Origin: Prorocentrum cordatum
Taxonomy: Eukaryota
Assembly (NCBI GenBank): GCA_963575745.1
Contig: CAUYUJ010000114.1
Location: 682,001 to 746,000, forward strand
Length of the DNA stretch: 64,000 nucleotides
Direction of reading: 5' to 3'
Program-made: the position numbers and the translations under genes
In this document: positions 50,314 to 62,274 of the stretch, one piece after another
Numbering within the stretch: the first letter of the stretch is position 1
Layout: every line of letters starts with the position of its first letter
The notes under the pieces: model-generated
What the model was told of the DNA's origin: nothing
Databases searched by the model: none
Seen by the model: only the letters and a program-made list of their open reading frames with translations

Positions 50314-51075
50314 GTCCCTGGCCCCTCCGCCGGGCCGCGCACGTGCCGCCGGTCATGATTTGCCCCCCCCCCCCCCTCTTGGACGCCCCCCTCTTGGCTG
50401 CGCCCCCCTCTTGGCTGCGCCCCCCTCTTGGCTGCGCCCCCCTCTTGGACGCCCCCCTCTTGGACGCCCCCCCTCTTGGACGCTCCCCTCTTGGACGCCC
50501 CCCCTCCTGGCCGCTCCCGATGGGCCGCGACCCCCCGCGACTGCGGAGCGTGCCTTCGCGGGTGCCCCGCGCGGGTCGCACCCCGTGGGACCGCGCGTCC
50601 GCGGGAGCGCGCCCCGGAGGCCGGGCCGCGAGGGCGTGGGCAGGGAGACGTTTGAGCCGGGCCTGTCCCCCTGGAAGCCATTTCTTTCTTGCTTGGGGCA
50701 TGACGGGCGTCATGGCCCCCGCCCCCCCCCCCCCTATGACGTAACGCTCCCCCCCCAGTGCGCTGCGGGCACTGCCGCCGTGCGCATTGGGATCCGCGTA
50801 GGTGTCCGCGTAGGAATCCGCATAGGTGTCTGGTCCGCAGGCGTCGTCGTCGTCGTCATCGTCGTCGTCGTTCGTCGTCGTCGCTCGTGGTTCGTCGCTC
50901 GTCGCTCATCGTCGTCGTGCGCGCGGACGCGGCATGAGCCTGTTTTTAAGTCCGGGCCGATGACGGCAATCATCTGGGGGGGAAGGGGTCGATGACGTCA
51001 CGTTTCGCGCCGGCGGCGTTTGGGAATGGTTAGGAATGACGGAGGACGGGTAGCACGAACATGTAGGTGGCGATA

Positions 51076-52088
51076 TGCACCACAACGCCTGTGTACATCA
51101 AAATGCCCGCGTGCACCACAGCGCCTGTGTACACCACACCGCCGATGTACACCACAGCAGCCGCGTGCAACACAGCGTCAGTTTGTGCCACCGTGCCTGC
51201 GAGTACAGCAGCTCCTGTGTACACCACAGCGCCTCCGTACACCACATCAGCCGTGCGCAACACAGCACCAGTGTACACCACAATGCCTGCGTGCATTGCA
51301 GTGCTTGTGTACGCCACGGCGCCTGTGTGCACCACATCAGCCGTGTGCAACGCAGCACCATTGGTATGTATAGAATTTCAGAAGTAACCATTGTGACAAA
51401 ATGGAACGCGTGTGGATTCCAGAGAAAACAATGGAAAACAAATCCGCATGGACAAAGGAGCGCCGCTGGAATCAACGAGTCCCCCCGAGTCCGCCCGCAT
51501 CACCCTAACTCCCACTTGCGTCCAGGAGGCTCCAGCTAAACTGGCCGTCCGAGAACCAAGTGGACCGATTCAATCAACCATTCTGCGGTGCAAGCTGAGA
51601 TGTGCACGTGCGTTGTAACGCCAAGCCGCACGACAGGGGGTAAGAAGGAGGAAAAGGAAGACGAGGAGGAGGAGGAGGAGGAGGTGGAGGAGGAGGGAGG
51701 AGGGGAAAACGTCGCATTCGATTATCAAAGTTTTCCCGGCGTGACGTTTAGTTGTCCGCATCAGATCGTGACGCACATGTTCCTTCTACCTGTCATATGC
51801 ACGCAGGCACTGTGGTGTACACCGGCGCTGCGTTGCACGCGGATGCTGTGGTGTAGACAGGCGCTGTGGCGTGCACAGGCGCTGCGGTGCACGCAAGCAC
51901 TGTGGTGTACACAGGCGTTGTGTTGCACATGGCTGCTGCGGTGTATGTACACCGGCGCTGTAGTGCTCCTAAGTATTGTGGTATACACGGGCGGTGCGCT
52001 GCACACGGGTGTTGCGGTGTACGCGGGCGCTGTGGTGCACACGCGCGGTGTGGTGCACGCGAGCGTTGTGGTGTACACAGGCGCACTG
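51076..52088. repeat. Fold-back structure: two inverted arrays of an 18-bp unit (CACCACAGCGCCTGTGTA)
   Basis: Array on + at ~51076-51361 and on - at ~51797-52088. Confidence 0.8.
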
Positions 52089-52309
52089 GGCAGATCGCCG
52101 CTAACATGCTGCTCGCGTCGTCGTCGTCGTCGCTCGTCGCTCGTCGCGTCGTGCGCGCGGGCGCGGCTGTGGTGCCGGAGCCACACGGCGGGGGGGGGGG
52201 GCGTCACGTCATACCCCCCCGGCCTTCCCCCCCCCCCCATGACGCCCGTCATCGCCGAACATAAAGAAACGCCTTCCTGCAGGCCGATTTTCGACGAACT
52301 ATTAATCAA

Positions 52310-52530
52310 GCAGTGGCGAAGCGTCCTGGCCTTCCTATAGTCCTACCAAACAATGTTCTAAAAAAATGGTGTGGTTTCCACGAAATGTTCTTAGAACATT
52401 TCTGGCGGAGCCTGTCTTGGTTTCACACATCGGGTTCGTGTTCATTGTGTTTGTTCTTTGAACATTTCTGGGTTCTAAGAACATGTCGTGGTAGGACTAT
52501 AGGAATGCCGGGGCGGTCGCTCCCTGCTCA
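52310..52530. repeat. Dispersed ~220-bp repeat with internal inverted repeat (other copy 11300-11528)
   Basis: CAGTGGCGAAGCGTCCTG...CCTATAGTCCTACCA...TGGTAGGACTATAGGAATGCCGGG in both copies. Confidence 0.75.
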
Positions 52531-52830
52531 ATCCAGGCCGATGTTCGACGAACAATCAAACAGATAGTCAAACGTATCGAAACATGGTCAACTAAAAATG
52601 CTAAACAAATGATCTCCATATTATGGTTTGACTATTTGTGGATATTTCCCCCCCCGTAGAGGGACAGGCCCGGCTCAAGGACACGTGCGGCACGCCGGCC
52701 GCCCGCGGCTCTCGGCGCCACGCGGGAGCGGCGGTGTGCGCGCACCCGCCTCCTCGGGCCGGACGAGAAGGGTCGGGAGGGGAGAAAGCACACAGACACA
52801 ATGAATCGGGTCAGGAGGGGAAAACACACA

Positions 52831-52893
<63 letters not shown>

Positions 52894-53179
52894 ATACACA
52901 GACACGATCCATCGTCGATTCCCAGGAAAAGATGGGAAAACATGGGAAGTGGGGAGGAAGACGAAAGCACACACAACATGGGAAAGTATAGGGGAATCTG
53001 GCTATTGGTGCCTGTTTGTTTTTGTGTGTGCCCCAGTTCCCTCTCAAAAGAACGACTCGGGATGCAGGGACACAGACACGATTAATCTTAGATTCCCCGG
53101 AAAATGTGGGAAAATATGATAAGTGGGGGGAAGACAAACATTGGGAACATATGGGGAATCCTGTTATCTTTGTCTATTT

Positions 53180-53319
<140 letters not shown>

Positions 53320-56146
53320 GAGGGCCCCTTCAAGGGGGGGGGAGGGGCTTCGGGAGAGGTGGGGCTCCGCAAGGGCTCGAGGCGACCCCTTCTCCGAGCG
53401 ACCCGTGGGAGCGCAGTCAAGAGGCTGAAACAAGCGGCACGCATGCCCCGGCTCTTGCACCAGGGCGTGCGATGACCACGAGAAGCGGGATTGGGGGGCA
53501 GCAGGTTGGCGGGCTCAGTGGGGGAGCAGGCCATGGGGCAAGGGTGTGGTTCTGAACATGTGGCTCTCGCCTTAGCGCCGCGCGCATTCTTTTTACACAA
53601 TGGCAGGGGTTGCACGGATTCAGAGCGGGTCGTTTTCAAAATGTTGCTCTCGCTTCTCGCCGCAGCGCCGCGCACATTTGATGGCAACAGTTGTCAGAGC
53701 TTCACGGATTCAGGGCGGGTGGGGCGAGGACGACCGACCTCGAGCGAACCAACGAGGCCAGGGGCCAGAGGCCAGAGGGAGGGGCGTAGGGACGGGGGGG
53801 CACGTGCGCGAGGCCCTGGACGGGGGGGGGGGCGCACGTGGCCGCGGCCCGGGCGGGGGCAGATGGCCAAGGGCCGCGGCCGGATGGGCGGGCACACCCG
53901 GGGCGACGCCGACGTGAGGACCGCTGGGCTCGGTCAGGGGGTTCCCTGGTCCGGGACGACGCTGACATGATCAACGGCACCGTAACGGGTACTTACTAAC
54001 GGGTACTTTGAAATTTCGCCGAAAGTTGCCACTTTAGGGCCTTTTTCTGGCATTGCAGCGTTGCCCACATCGGGAGGGGTTGGGTTCGCTGGGTCACTGG
54101 CCAAAGTACCCGTTAGTGGAGTCCCCGTTTGAGGGGCGCTGACATGAGGACCACTGGGCTCGGTCAGGGCTCCGGGTTCCCGGGCCGTTCCTTCGATCCG
54201 GGTCGGGGCTCTTATAATGACGTGCGTGGCCGAGGCTCGACGTGACCCGAAAAGCCCCTGCGCTCCTTCTCCAGCGTTCCTCATGACAGCACGGTCCCTG
54301 CAGAGCCAGATAACATCGATGCAGGTCGACGTCATCCGACGTGGGCACAGACAAGTCGAGGTAAGTCCAGAGCTCGCCAGAGAAACCGGCAGATATCATG
54401 GAAGATGTGGCGGGAGCCTTCTTGGAGGTCCTTCATGGAGGCCTCTTGGGCTGTTTTGGGCGACCTTGATGCCATCTTGGGAGCATCTCGGCCCGTCTTG
54501 GAGACATCTTGGGCTTTCTTGGGGCCATCGTAGCGTAGCCGTCTTGGAGACCATCTTGGCCGTCTCGGAGGCCATCTTGGGCCGCAGAATCGCAGAGGTG
54601 GGTAAGCCTTTGAGTCCAGGATCTCGAAATCTGCTGCGTGCAGCTTGTTCTTTCGTTCCCGCCGCGGGGTGCGCTTCTCGATGCTGTACTGACGCCTCTG
54701 GCGCCGGGAGGCGCTGACGAAACCGGCCTTTGTGAGCTGACTCGTTGATTCGCCCCCTTCGCAATGCTAACCAGCCTTACCAGCCATGAGTTTATCTCTA
54801 TCCCCAAGATTGACGAGCCCAAAGGCCACGACAATGTCGGGGATACGCCCTCAGAAGCTGCAGGAATCCTCAAGGTCGGCATCGAGAGAAGGTGATGCCA
54901 ACCCCAGGGGTGCAGGGATGCGTTCCAGGACCACATGCCCCTGTCTCTTCCGACCCGAGCCTCTGTGCCCTCCCCCGCGGAGGCCTGCGCGCCAGGGGGA
55001 ATCGGTGCGCCAGGTCCTCGCGCGGCGCGCGCGCGCTGGGGAAACACCGCCGCTCGCCAGCTCGAGGGGCACAGCGCCGCACGAGCAGCAGCTGCCGGAG
55101 TGCCGCGCGGACCTCTTTATGGTTGGCGCTGGCCCCCGCCGCCGGCGACTCCTCCTCCTCCTCCTCCTCCTCCTCCTCCTCCTCCTCCTCCTCCTCCTCC
55201 TCCTCGCCCCGGTGCAGGCTGCGCGGTGCGGCGCCGCCCCTGGCGCGCTTCGCACGCCAAGGGATGGGCGGTCCAGCGCCGGCTCGGGAAGACGGCGCGG
55301 ACCTCGGACAGCGTAGGTGTCTGCAGTGCTTTGTCTTTTCTAGCGACTGCCTCTGCTGCTGCTGGTGCGGCTCGTCGTCGTTATCCTAGCTGCCGATGCC
55401 GTCGTCGTCCTCGTCCTGCTTGTCGTGGTCCTCCGACCTCCTTCCAAGCCTCATCCTCCTCTCTCCACTCGTTGTTTCCTCCCCCATCCTCCCACTCATC
55501 CTCGTCTTCCTCTTCCTCATCTTCGATGCCGTTCGGCTCGAACGGTAGGTCTTCACCGCACGCAGGGAATGTAGCATTGCTTGCGGGCTGTGCGAAGGGA
55601 CCTGTCCGCCAGCGTTTGTGGCTCAAGGTACCTTTTTTTTCCTGCGCCCTTTCTAATCCCGTTTTTAGACACCTACCAACAGGCATGTCCTGAAACAGGA
55701 GTGGTTTTTGTCCACATCGGTCTACATTCTTAGTTGGTAGCTGGGCTTCGGCACCCGCAACCATGGCCCGCGTGGCAACACTTCGCCCTCGTTGCGACCG
55801 CACTACGTCAACATGATTTGCGTGCCTCCGCTCCGCAACAACATGCTGCGTGTTTCCGGTATACGTTCGCCATCGCGCAGTTCTTGCCACTTCGTCGAGG
55901 CAGGCGATGTTTTGTTTTAGGGACCGTCGGGGCGCCGTTCGCCCACCGAGAAAGGACTGCGCACGAACACCTCCAGGGACTTCCACATCAAGGGCCGCGG
56001 CCCCGCGCCGCGTCTCTCGGCGCCTTACCAATGTATTCCCTACCTAGGCTCTGCCTAGAAGGGTTCTTACTCTCTTTGGAAACCGCCCCAGGCGGTTCCC
56101 CCAGTCCCCGCCCCGCGGTTCCCCCAGTCCCCTGGGAGCTTTATCC

Positions 56147-57614
56147 TTAGCTTTAGCTTCAGCTTAGCTTTAGCTTTAGCTTTAGCTTTAGCTTAGCTTT
56201 AGCTTAGCTTTAGCTCAGTGTTAGCTTAGCTTTAGCTTAGCTTTAGCTTAGCTTCAGCTTAGCTTCAGCTTAGTGTTAGCTTAGCTTTAGCTTAGCTTTA
56301 GCTTTAGCTTAGCTTTAGCTTAGCTTTAGCTCAGTGTTAGCTTAGCTTTAGCTTAGCTTCAGCTTAGCTTCAGCTTGGCTTTAGGTTAGTGTTAGCTTAG
56401 CTTTAGCTTAGCTTTAGCTTATCTTTTTTTGAGAATTAGCTTAGCTTTAGCTCAGCTTTAGCTTAGCTTCAGCTTAGCTTTAGCTTAGCTTTAGCTTAGT
56501 GTTAGCTTAGCCTTAGCTTAGCTTTAGCTTAGCTTTAGCTTAGCTTCAGCTTAGCTTCAGCTTAGTTTTAGCTTTCTTCAGCTTAGTGTTAGCTTGGCTT
56601 TAGGTTAGCTTTAGCTTAGCTTCAGCATAGTGTTAGCTTAGCTTTAGCTTAGGTGTTAGCTTAGCTTTAGCTTAGCTTTAGCTTAGTTTTAGCTTAGCTT
56701 TAGCTTAGCCTCAGCTTAGCTTTAGCTTAGCATTAGCTTAGCGCTAGCTTAGCTCCAGCTTAGCTGTAGCTTAGCTTTAGCTTAGCTTTAGCTTAGCTTT
56801 AACTTAGCTTTAGCTTAGCTTTAGTTTAGCTTTAGCTTAGCTTTAGCTCAGCCTTAGCTTAGCTTCAGCATAGCTTTCGCTTAGCTTTAGCTTAGCTTCA
56901 GCTTAGCTTCAGCTTAGCTTCAGCTTAGCTTTAGCTTAGCTTTAGCTTATCTTAGCTTTAGCTCCAGCTTAGCTTTAGCTTAGCTTTAGCTTAGCGTTAG
57001 CTTAGCTTTAGCTTAGCTTTAGCTTAGCTGTAGCTTAGCTGTAGTTTAGCTTTAGCTTAGTGTTAGCTTAGCCTTAGCTTAGCTTCAGCTTAGCTTCAGC
57101 TTAGCTTCAGCTTAGTGTTAGCTTAGCTTTAGCTTAGTGTTAGCTTAGCTTTAGCTTAGCCTTAGCTTTAGCTTAGCTTTAGCTTAGCTTTAGGTTAGCT
57201 GTGCTTAGCTTTAGTTAGCATTAGTTTAGCTTTAGCTCAGCCTTAGCTTAGCTTTATCTTAGCTTTCGCTTAGCTTCAGCTTAGCTTCAGCTTGGCTTTA
57301 GGTTAGTGTTAGCTTAGCTTTAGCTTAGCTTTAACTTAGCTTTAGCTTAGCTTTAGCTTAGCTTCAGCTTAGCTTTAGCTTAGTTTCAGCTTAGCTTTAG
57401 CTTAGCTTTAGCTTAGTGTTAGCTTAGCCTTAGCTTATCTTTAGCTTAGCTTTAGCTTAGCTTCAGCTTAGCTTCAGTTTAGCTTTAGCTTAGCTTTAGC
57501 TTAGCTTCAGCTTAGCTGCAGCTTAGCTTTAGCTTAGCTTTAGCTTAGCTCTAGCTTAGCTCTAGCTTAGCTTCAGCTTAGCTTCAGCATAGTGTTAGCT
57601 TAGCTTTAGCTTAG
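56147..57614. repeat. TTAGC/TTTAGC (11-bp TTAGCTTTAGC) satellite, left part
   Basis: Directly visible tandem array. Confidence 0.97.
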
Positions 57615-60395
57615 ATCTCACGACGTTGTCGATGCTTTTCCCCAGCATCAAGGGGGCGAATGTACCCCCAGCCCACCAGGGAAGGAGCCGCCAGGAGACG
57701 ACCTTGTGATCACCCCCCGAAACTTCCGTGCTGGCCGTCGCCTCGGGAAGCGGGAGCTGAGGCAGAAACGGCCGCGCACGGGCCGTGTGTGAATCCCTCG
57801 CCGCATCTACGCGCGCGTCGCGGCGCGAAGCAGGGGGGGCGGGAGGGCGATTGCGCGTTCTGCGACGCGGCCTGCACCCTGTGAGGCGTCCTGTCACGAG
57901 ACGGCAGGAAAGTGCGAAGCAGGGCGCCATGTGAGAAGCCCTGCGACGCAATGCGCCCTGTGCGGCGCCCTGCCAGCGGACGGCAGGCACTCGGCCCCGC
58001 GGGGGCGTGACCCCCCGAGCCTTAGCCCAGCGGCACAGTAGGCGCCGACGAAGCCGGGTAAGGCCGCCTGCGGACCATTGCCAGCACAGTAGGCACTGGC
58101 AGTGCTGATCGTGTCCCTGATGTCCGAAGCATCTGCGTCTCTAGATCGCCCATTATCCGAAAAGCTTCGCCTTCCTCCTAATAGGATCAATCTCACGACG
58201 TTGTCGATGCTTTTCCCCAGCATCAAGGGGGCGAATGTACCCCCAGCCCACCAGGGAAGGAGCCGCCAGGAGACGACCTGGTGATCACCCCTCGAAGCAG
58301 GCCCCCTTGAGGCGGTGTTCCGCGAAGCGGTGTGTGTTGGGAGCCGGCGGTCTTTTTTCCTTGCGGGCCTCCGAGCGAGCGCACGGATGCCGTCTTCTCT
58401 CGCAAGCGTTTGGTCGGCCGGTCCGTCGTCTGCTCTGCAGAAGAGGCTGCTAGGCTATCGACGAAACGCTGCATTAGCGTATCTGGGGATGTGTCGGCGT
58501 ACGTATGACGCATGACGTCCTCCGAATTCCACCCACCTTGCCGTTGGACCACGTGCGGGGGGATCTTTGCTACGTGCGTGAACCATTCTGTTCCGCCTCT
58601 ACGAAACGAATGCGTGCTAGCGGCTGGGTCCTTAAAGTGTGACGAAACCGCCTTGCGCCACGAATTCGCGCTAACAGGCTGGAGTTGGGAACCTGTCGCG
58701 GTGCAGAATAGGAAAGGCACGTGAGCTGCCGTCGCGGCTTTCCAATCCATCCAATCTTGCAGGAATTTCGCCGGGGATAGCCCAGCAATAACCTTGAACG
58801 GAATGAAACACCATTGGCCTTTGCCACACGGGTCGTTTTTCTGTTCCTGATGAAACAACACGCGCACGAGGCTTAAAATGCACGTCCTGAACGCGGAGGT
58901 TGATCGCCTCCGAAGCGCGGCGCAAGCCGAACAAACAAAACGACGCGAAAGCTGCATCCCTCCGCCCAGCCGGCGTGCCTGTTGCCGCCCTGGCCGTGCA
59001 AAACATCGCCCACTCTTCAACACTAATCGCACGTTTTTGGTGCGATGCGTGGGATGCTCTCTTTTTCAGGCCTCGCCAAAAATGCAAAGCCCGATCGTCC
59101 CAGCAATCGTCGAAGACCTGGCTGTAGTTGTTGCTCTGGTGCCACGCTCTGACGGCTGCTTTGTTGAGGCGTATGGTTTGCCATGCCACGCCGTCCATGC
59201 TGGCGAACAGGAGCATGAGCTCATCCGGGGAATCCAACGGGAGGATGTTGGAATCGACCTGCTGTTCGAAGCCGTGAGCGTGCACGGACAACGCTCGGCT
59301 GTACGTCCGGATCGTGCTTTGCTCCCACCCGGCTCGCAGGATGTCTTGCGCGGTGTCCATGGGCGCGGCCCGTGCGGACAATGCCCCTGTCTGCGTGGAT
59401 GTTTGCAGAACGTCGCCCCGAAGCGGCGCGAACTGGAGGGCCACGTCGCCCGCGGCAGGGGCGCCGACAAGTGCCCGCGGCCCTCTGGTCGCGGGGCGGG
59501 CCAGCAAGGCAGGCGCATCCAAGGCCCTGGGTCGAGGCCGGACGGCCCACCGACTATCAGGCAACGGTGCTGAGAGCAACTCAACACCCCATGGCGCCGG
59601 AGAGTTTGGCTGGCCAGACAGTGGTGCGCTCAACAGGTGCATGTCAAGGTCTTGAGCCGAGACGGCTGCAGGGGCGAGGGGGGCGGGGGGAGAGAAGGAG
59701 GCCAAGCGCGGGAGAAAAGGGCGGAGGTGGGGAGAGGGCCCTGCGCTGGAAGACGGCGCTGCGTCGCCTGCGTCCCTAAAGGAAGCCGCACTCTCGCTGT
59801 GCCTCGCGAGCGCTTTCCGGGGGCATCAGTGCCGACGGGGAATGTCCCCTGGAGCGGACCCGCCAGCGACTTCGCCCAGAACGTTTCTGGAGACCTAGCC
59901 AGGAGTCGGCCGCCGGAAGCCTCGAGGAGCGGACCCACACGGGCCTGATTACCTGTCGGATTCCACCACAACTGTTGGCTACCTGGGATCCCGGCCCGGA
60001 TCGCGAGCGGGCCCGCCGGCCATGTCCAAGGCCATGTGAGGCGTTTTGTCTGGCGATTGCGCGTTCTGCGACGCGGCCTGCACCCTGCGAGGCGTCCTGT
60101 CACGAGACGGCAGGAAAGTGCGAAGCAGGGCGCCATGTGAGAAGCCCTGCGACGCAATGCGCCCTGTGCGGCGCCCTGCCAGCGGACGGCAGGCACTCGG
60201 CCCCGCGGGGGCGTGACCCCCCGAGCCTTAGCCCAGCGGCACAGTAGGCGCCGACGAAGCCGGGTAAGGCCGCCTGCGGACCATTGCCAGCACAGTAGGC
60301 ACTGGCAGTGCTGATCGTGTCCTTGATGTCCGAAGCATCTGCGTCTCTAGATCGCCCATTATCCGAAAAGCTTCGCCTTCCTCCTAATAGGATCA
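57615..60395 (-). mobile_element. Tyrosine-recombinase element with split direct repeats (Ngaro/PAT-type architecture), no RT/RNase H seen
   Basis: A 344-bp repeat at 60052-60395 and 57846-58189, and a 107-bp repeat at 58190-58296 and 57615-57721, give the order A1-YR-B1-A2-B2 on the - strand. No TSD. Confidence 0.85.
58223..59705 (-). pseudogene. DIRS/Ngaro-type tyrosine recombinase, frameshifted near 58845-58875
   Basis: Catalytic motifs FGLRRASE (R), QKND (K), THSFRRGG (HxxR), QGGW (W) and RHTY (Y) are split between ORFs 58671-59705 and 58223-59032. Confidence 0.85.
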
Positions 60396-60938
60396 CTTTA
60401 GCTTAGCTTTAGCTTAGCTTTAGCTTAGCTTTAGCTTAGCTTCAGCTTAGCTTTAGCTTAGCTTTAGCTTAGCTTTAGCTTAGCTTTAGCTTAGCCTCAG
60501 CTTAGCTTTAGCTTAGCACCAGCTTAGCGCTAGCTTAGCGCTAGCTTAGCTTTAGCTTAGCTTTAGCTTAGCTTCATCTTAGCTTTAACTTAGCTTTAGC
60601 TTAGCTTTATTTTAGCTTTAGCTTAGCTTAGCCTTGGCTTAGCTTTAGCATAGCTTTCGTTTAGCTTCAGCTTAGCTTTAGCTTAGCTTTAGCTTATCTT
60701 TAGCTTTAGCTCCAGCTTAGCTTTAGCTTAGCTGCAGCCAGCTTTAGCTTAGCTTTAGCTAAGTTCCAGCTTAGCTCTAGTTTAGCTTTAGCTTAGTGTT
60801 CGCTTAGCCTTCGCTTAGCTTTAGCTTAGCTTTAGCTTAGGGGCAGCTTAGCTTTAGCTTAGCTTTAGCTTAGCTTTAGCTTAGCTTTAGCTCAGCTTCA
60901 GCTTAGCTTCAGCTTAGCTTTAGCTTTAGCTTAGCTTC
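60396..60938. repeat. TTAGC/TTTAGC satellite, right part
   Basis: The same array resumes in register after the inserted element. Confidence 0.97.
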
Positions 60939-62274
60939 ACTGTTACTACTAATGCTGCTTTCCTAGGGGCTCCAACTCATAGGTAGGGTCGCACTGGGAT
61001 AATGTATGAGCAGTTCGCGGAGTTGACGCCATCATTGCATTCGCTTGTGAGTGCACCCACAGAGGTCAGACAACTGCTTGACGCAGCGTTCACATATTCA
61101 CATATTCGGCATTGGCGATAGGTCCCGAGACCCCTGCGACAATGTTGCAGGACCCGGGGGGGGGGGGAAGTGGCAACGGACACGACGCCTCCGCTGCATC
61201 CGCCTGTGGTTGTAGCCGGCGGTGCCAGACAATCGATTGGTCCGACGTTCGCATCCCTGGCGTAGGCGAAGCGTCCCGTGCTCCTGGCGAATATGGTGCC
61301 AGAGCTGGGGGATTTCCAGGCAGAGGGGAGCGGGAAGACAAATGAGGGTCTGGCGATTATGTTGTAAGCATGTGGGGGGGGGGGGGGGGGGGGGGGCGTG
61401 AAACCAACGTGGGGCGATTCGTCTTCGACCTTCTGAAATAAGAGTTTCATTTTCCTTCACGCTCCCTGCTAACTGGCAGACTTGGATTCCGATGCAGACT
61501 CCTCTCGACAATCGTACAGCTGGCGGTGCTCAGTACCGTGCAACGTGACGCACGACGAGCATTCCCATGACTAGGTCGTGGGATGCTCCAAGTGCCGACC
61601 GTGCCCCAACCACACGTCGGAAGAGCACGCCGAACACGCAGATGAGGAAGAGCATGCCCAGGACAGATGCCCACGGCGGCGCTGAGGCAGTCTGCCTGAG
61701 CATCGCCGCTCGATGCGCCTCCTCGACCATGGCTCCAGGACTCCAACGCCTCCTCGATACATGGAGGGGAATCCTCTCCAGATGGAAGGCCATCGGGGTG
61801 GGCATGATCGCCGCCGCCAGCTCCGTCGCTCGCATGGGCGCTGGCGGCGGCGGTGGCGCCGACACGCGACGCCTCCGCACCTGGAGGCCGACCAGCAAGC
61901 TCGCCTGCCTTTCCAACGCAAGGCGCGGGAGGTCACGATCTGGTCAGTGGCGGACTCCGACCCCAACGAGTTCCGCCAAGCGGCCCGCGTCTCGTTTCGC
62001 CGCAGTGGCATGGACGAGCGGCCGCCAGCTGTCACATCAACGGCAATCCAGCGCCAGCCACGACACCCCCAACGCGCAGCTTGGCCGAACTGCGGGGCCA
62101 GCTGGGCGGGGAGGGGCGCGCTCGAGCGGCATCGGCCCTGGCGCGCTGCAACCGATTGCCGCGGAAGCGCATTTACAACCTCCTCACCGCGTTCGACATT
62201 CTTCGCAGCAGGCTAGTCAACTTACGATCGGCTACGAGGGGCAAGTGGCCCTTTGCTGCGCGCGGCGGGCGCGG

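Noticed and set aside
51030..51539. TTAPVY-repeat 'mucin-like' ORFs
   Set aside because: Translation of an 18-bp DNA repeat that also occurs inverted nearby.
56147..60938. True telomere
   Set aside because: The array is internal, with unique sequence on both sides, and the unit is not the TTTAGGG reported for dinoflagellates.
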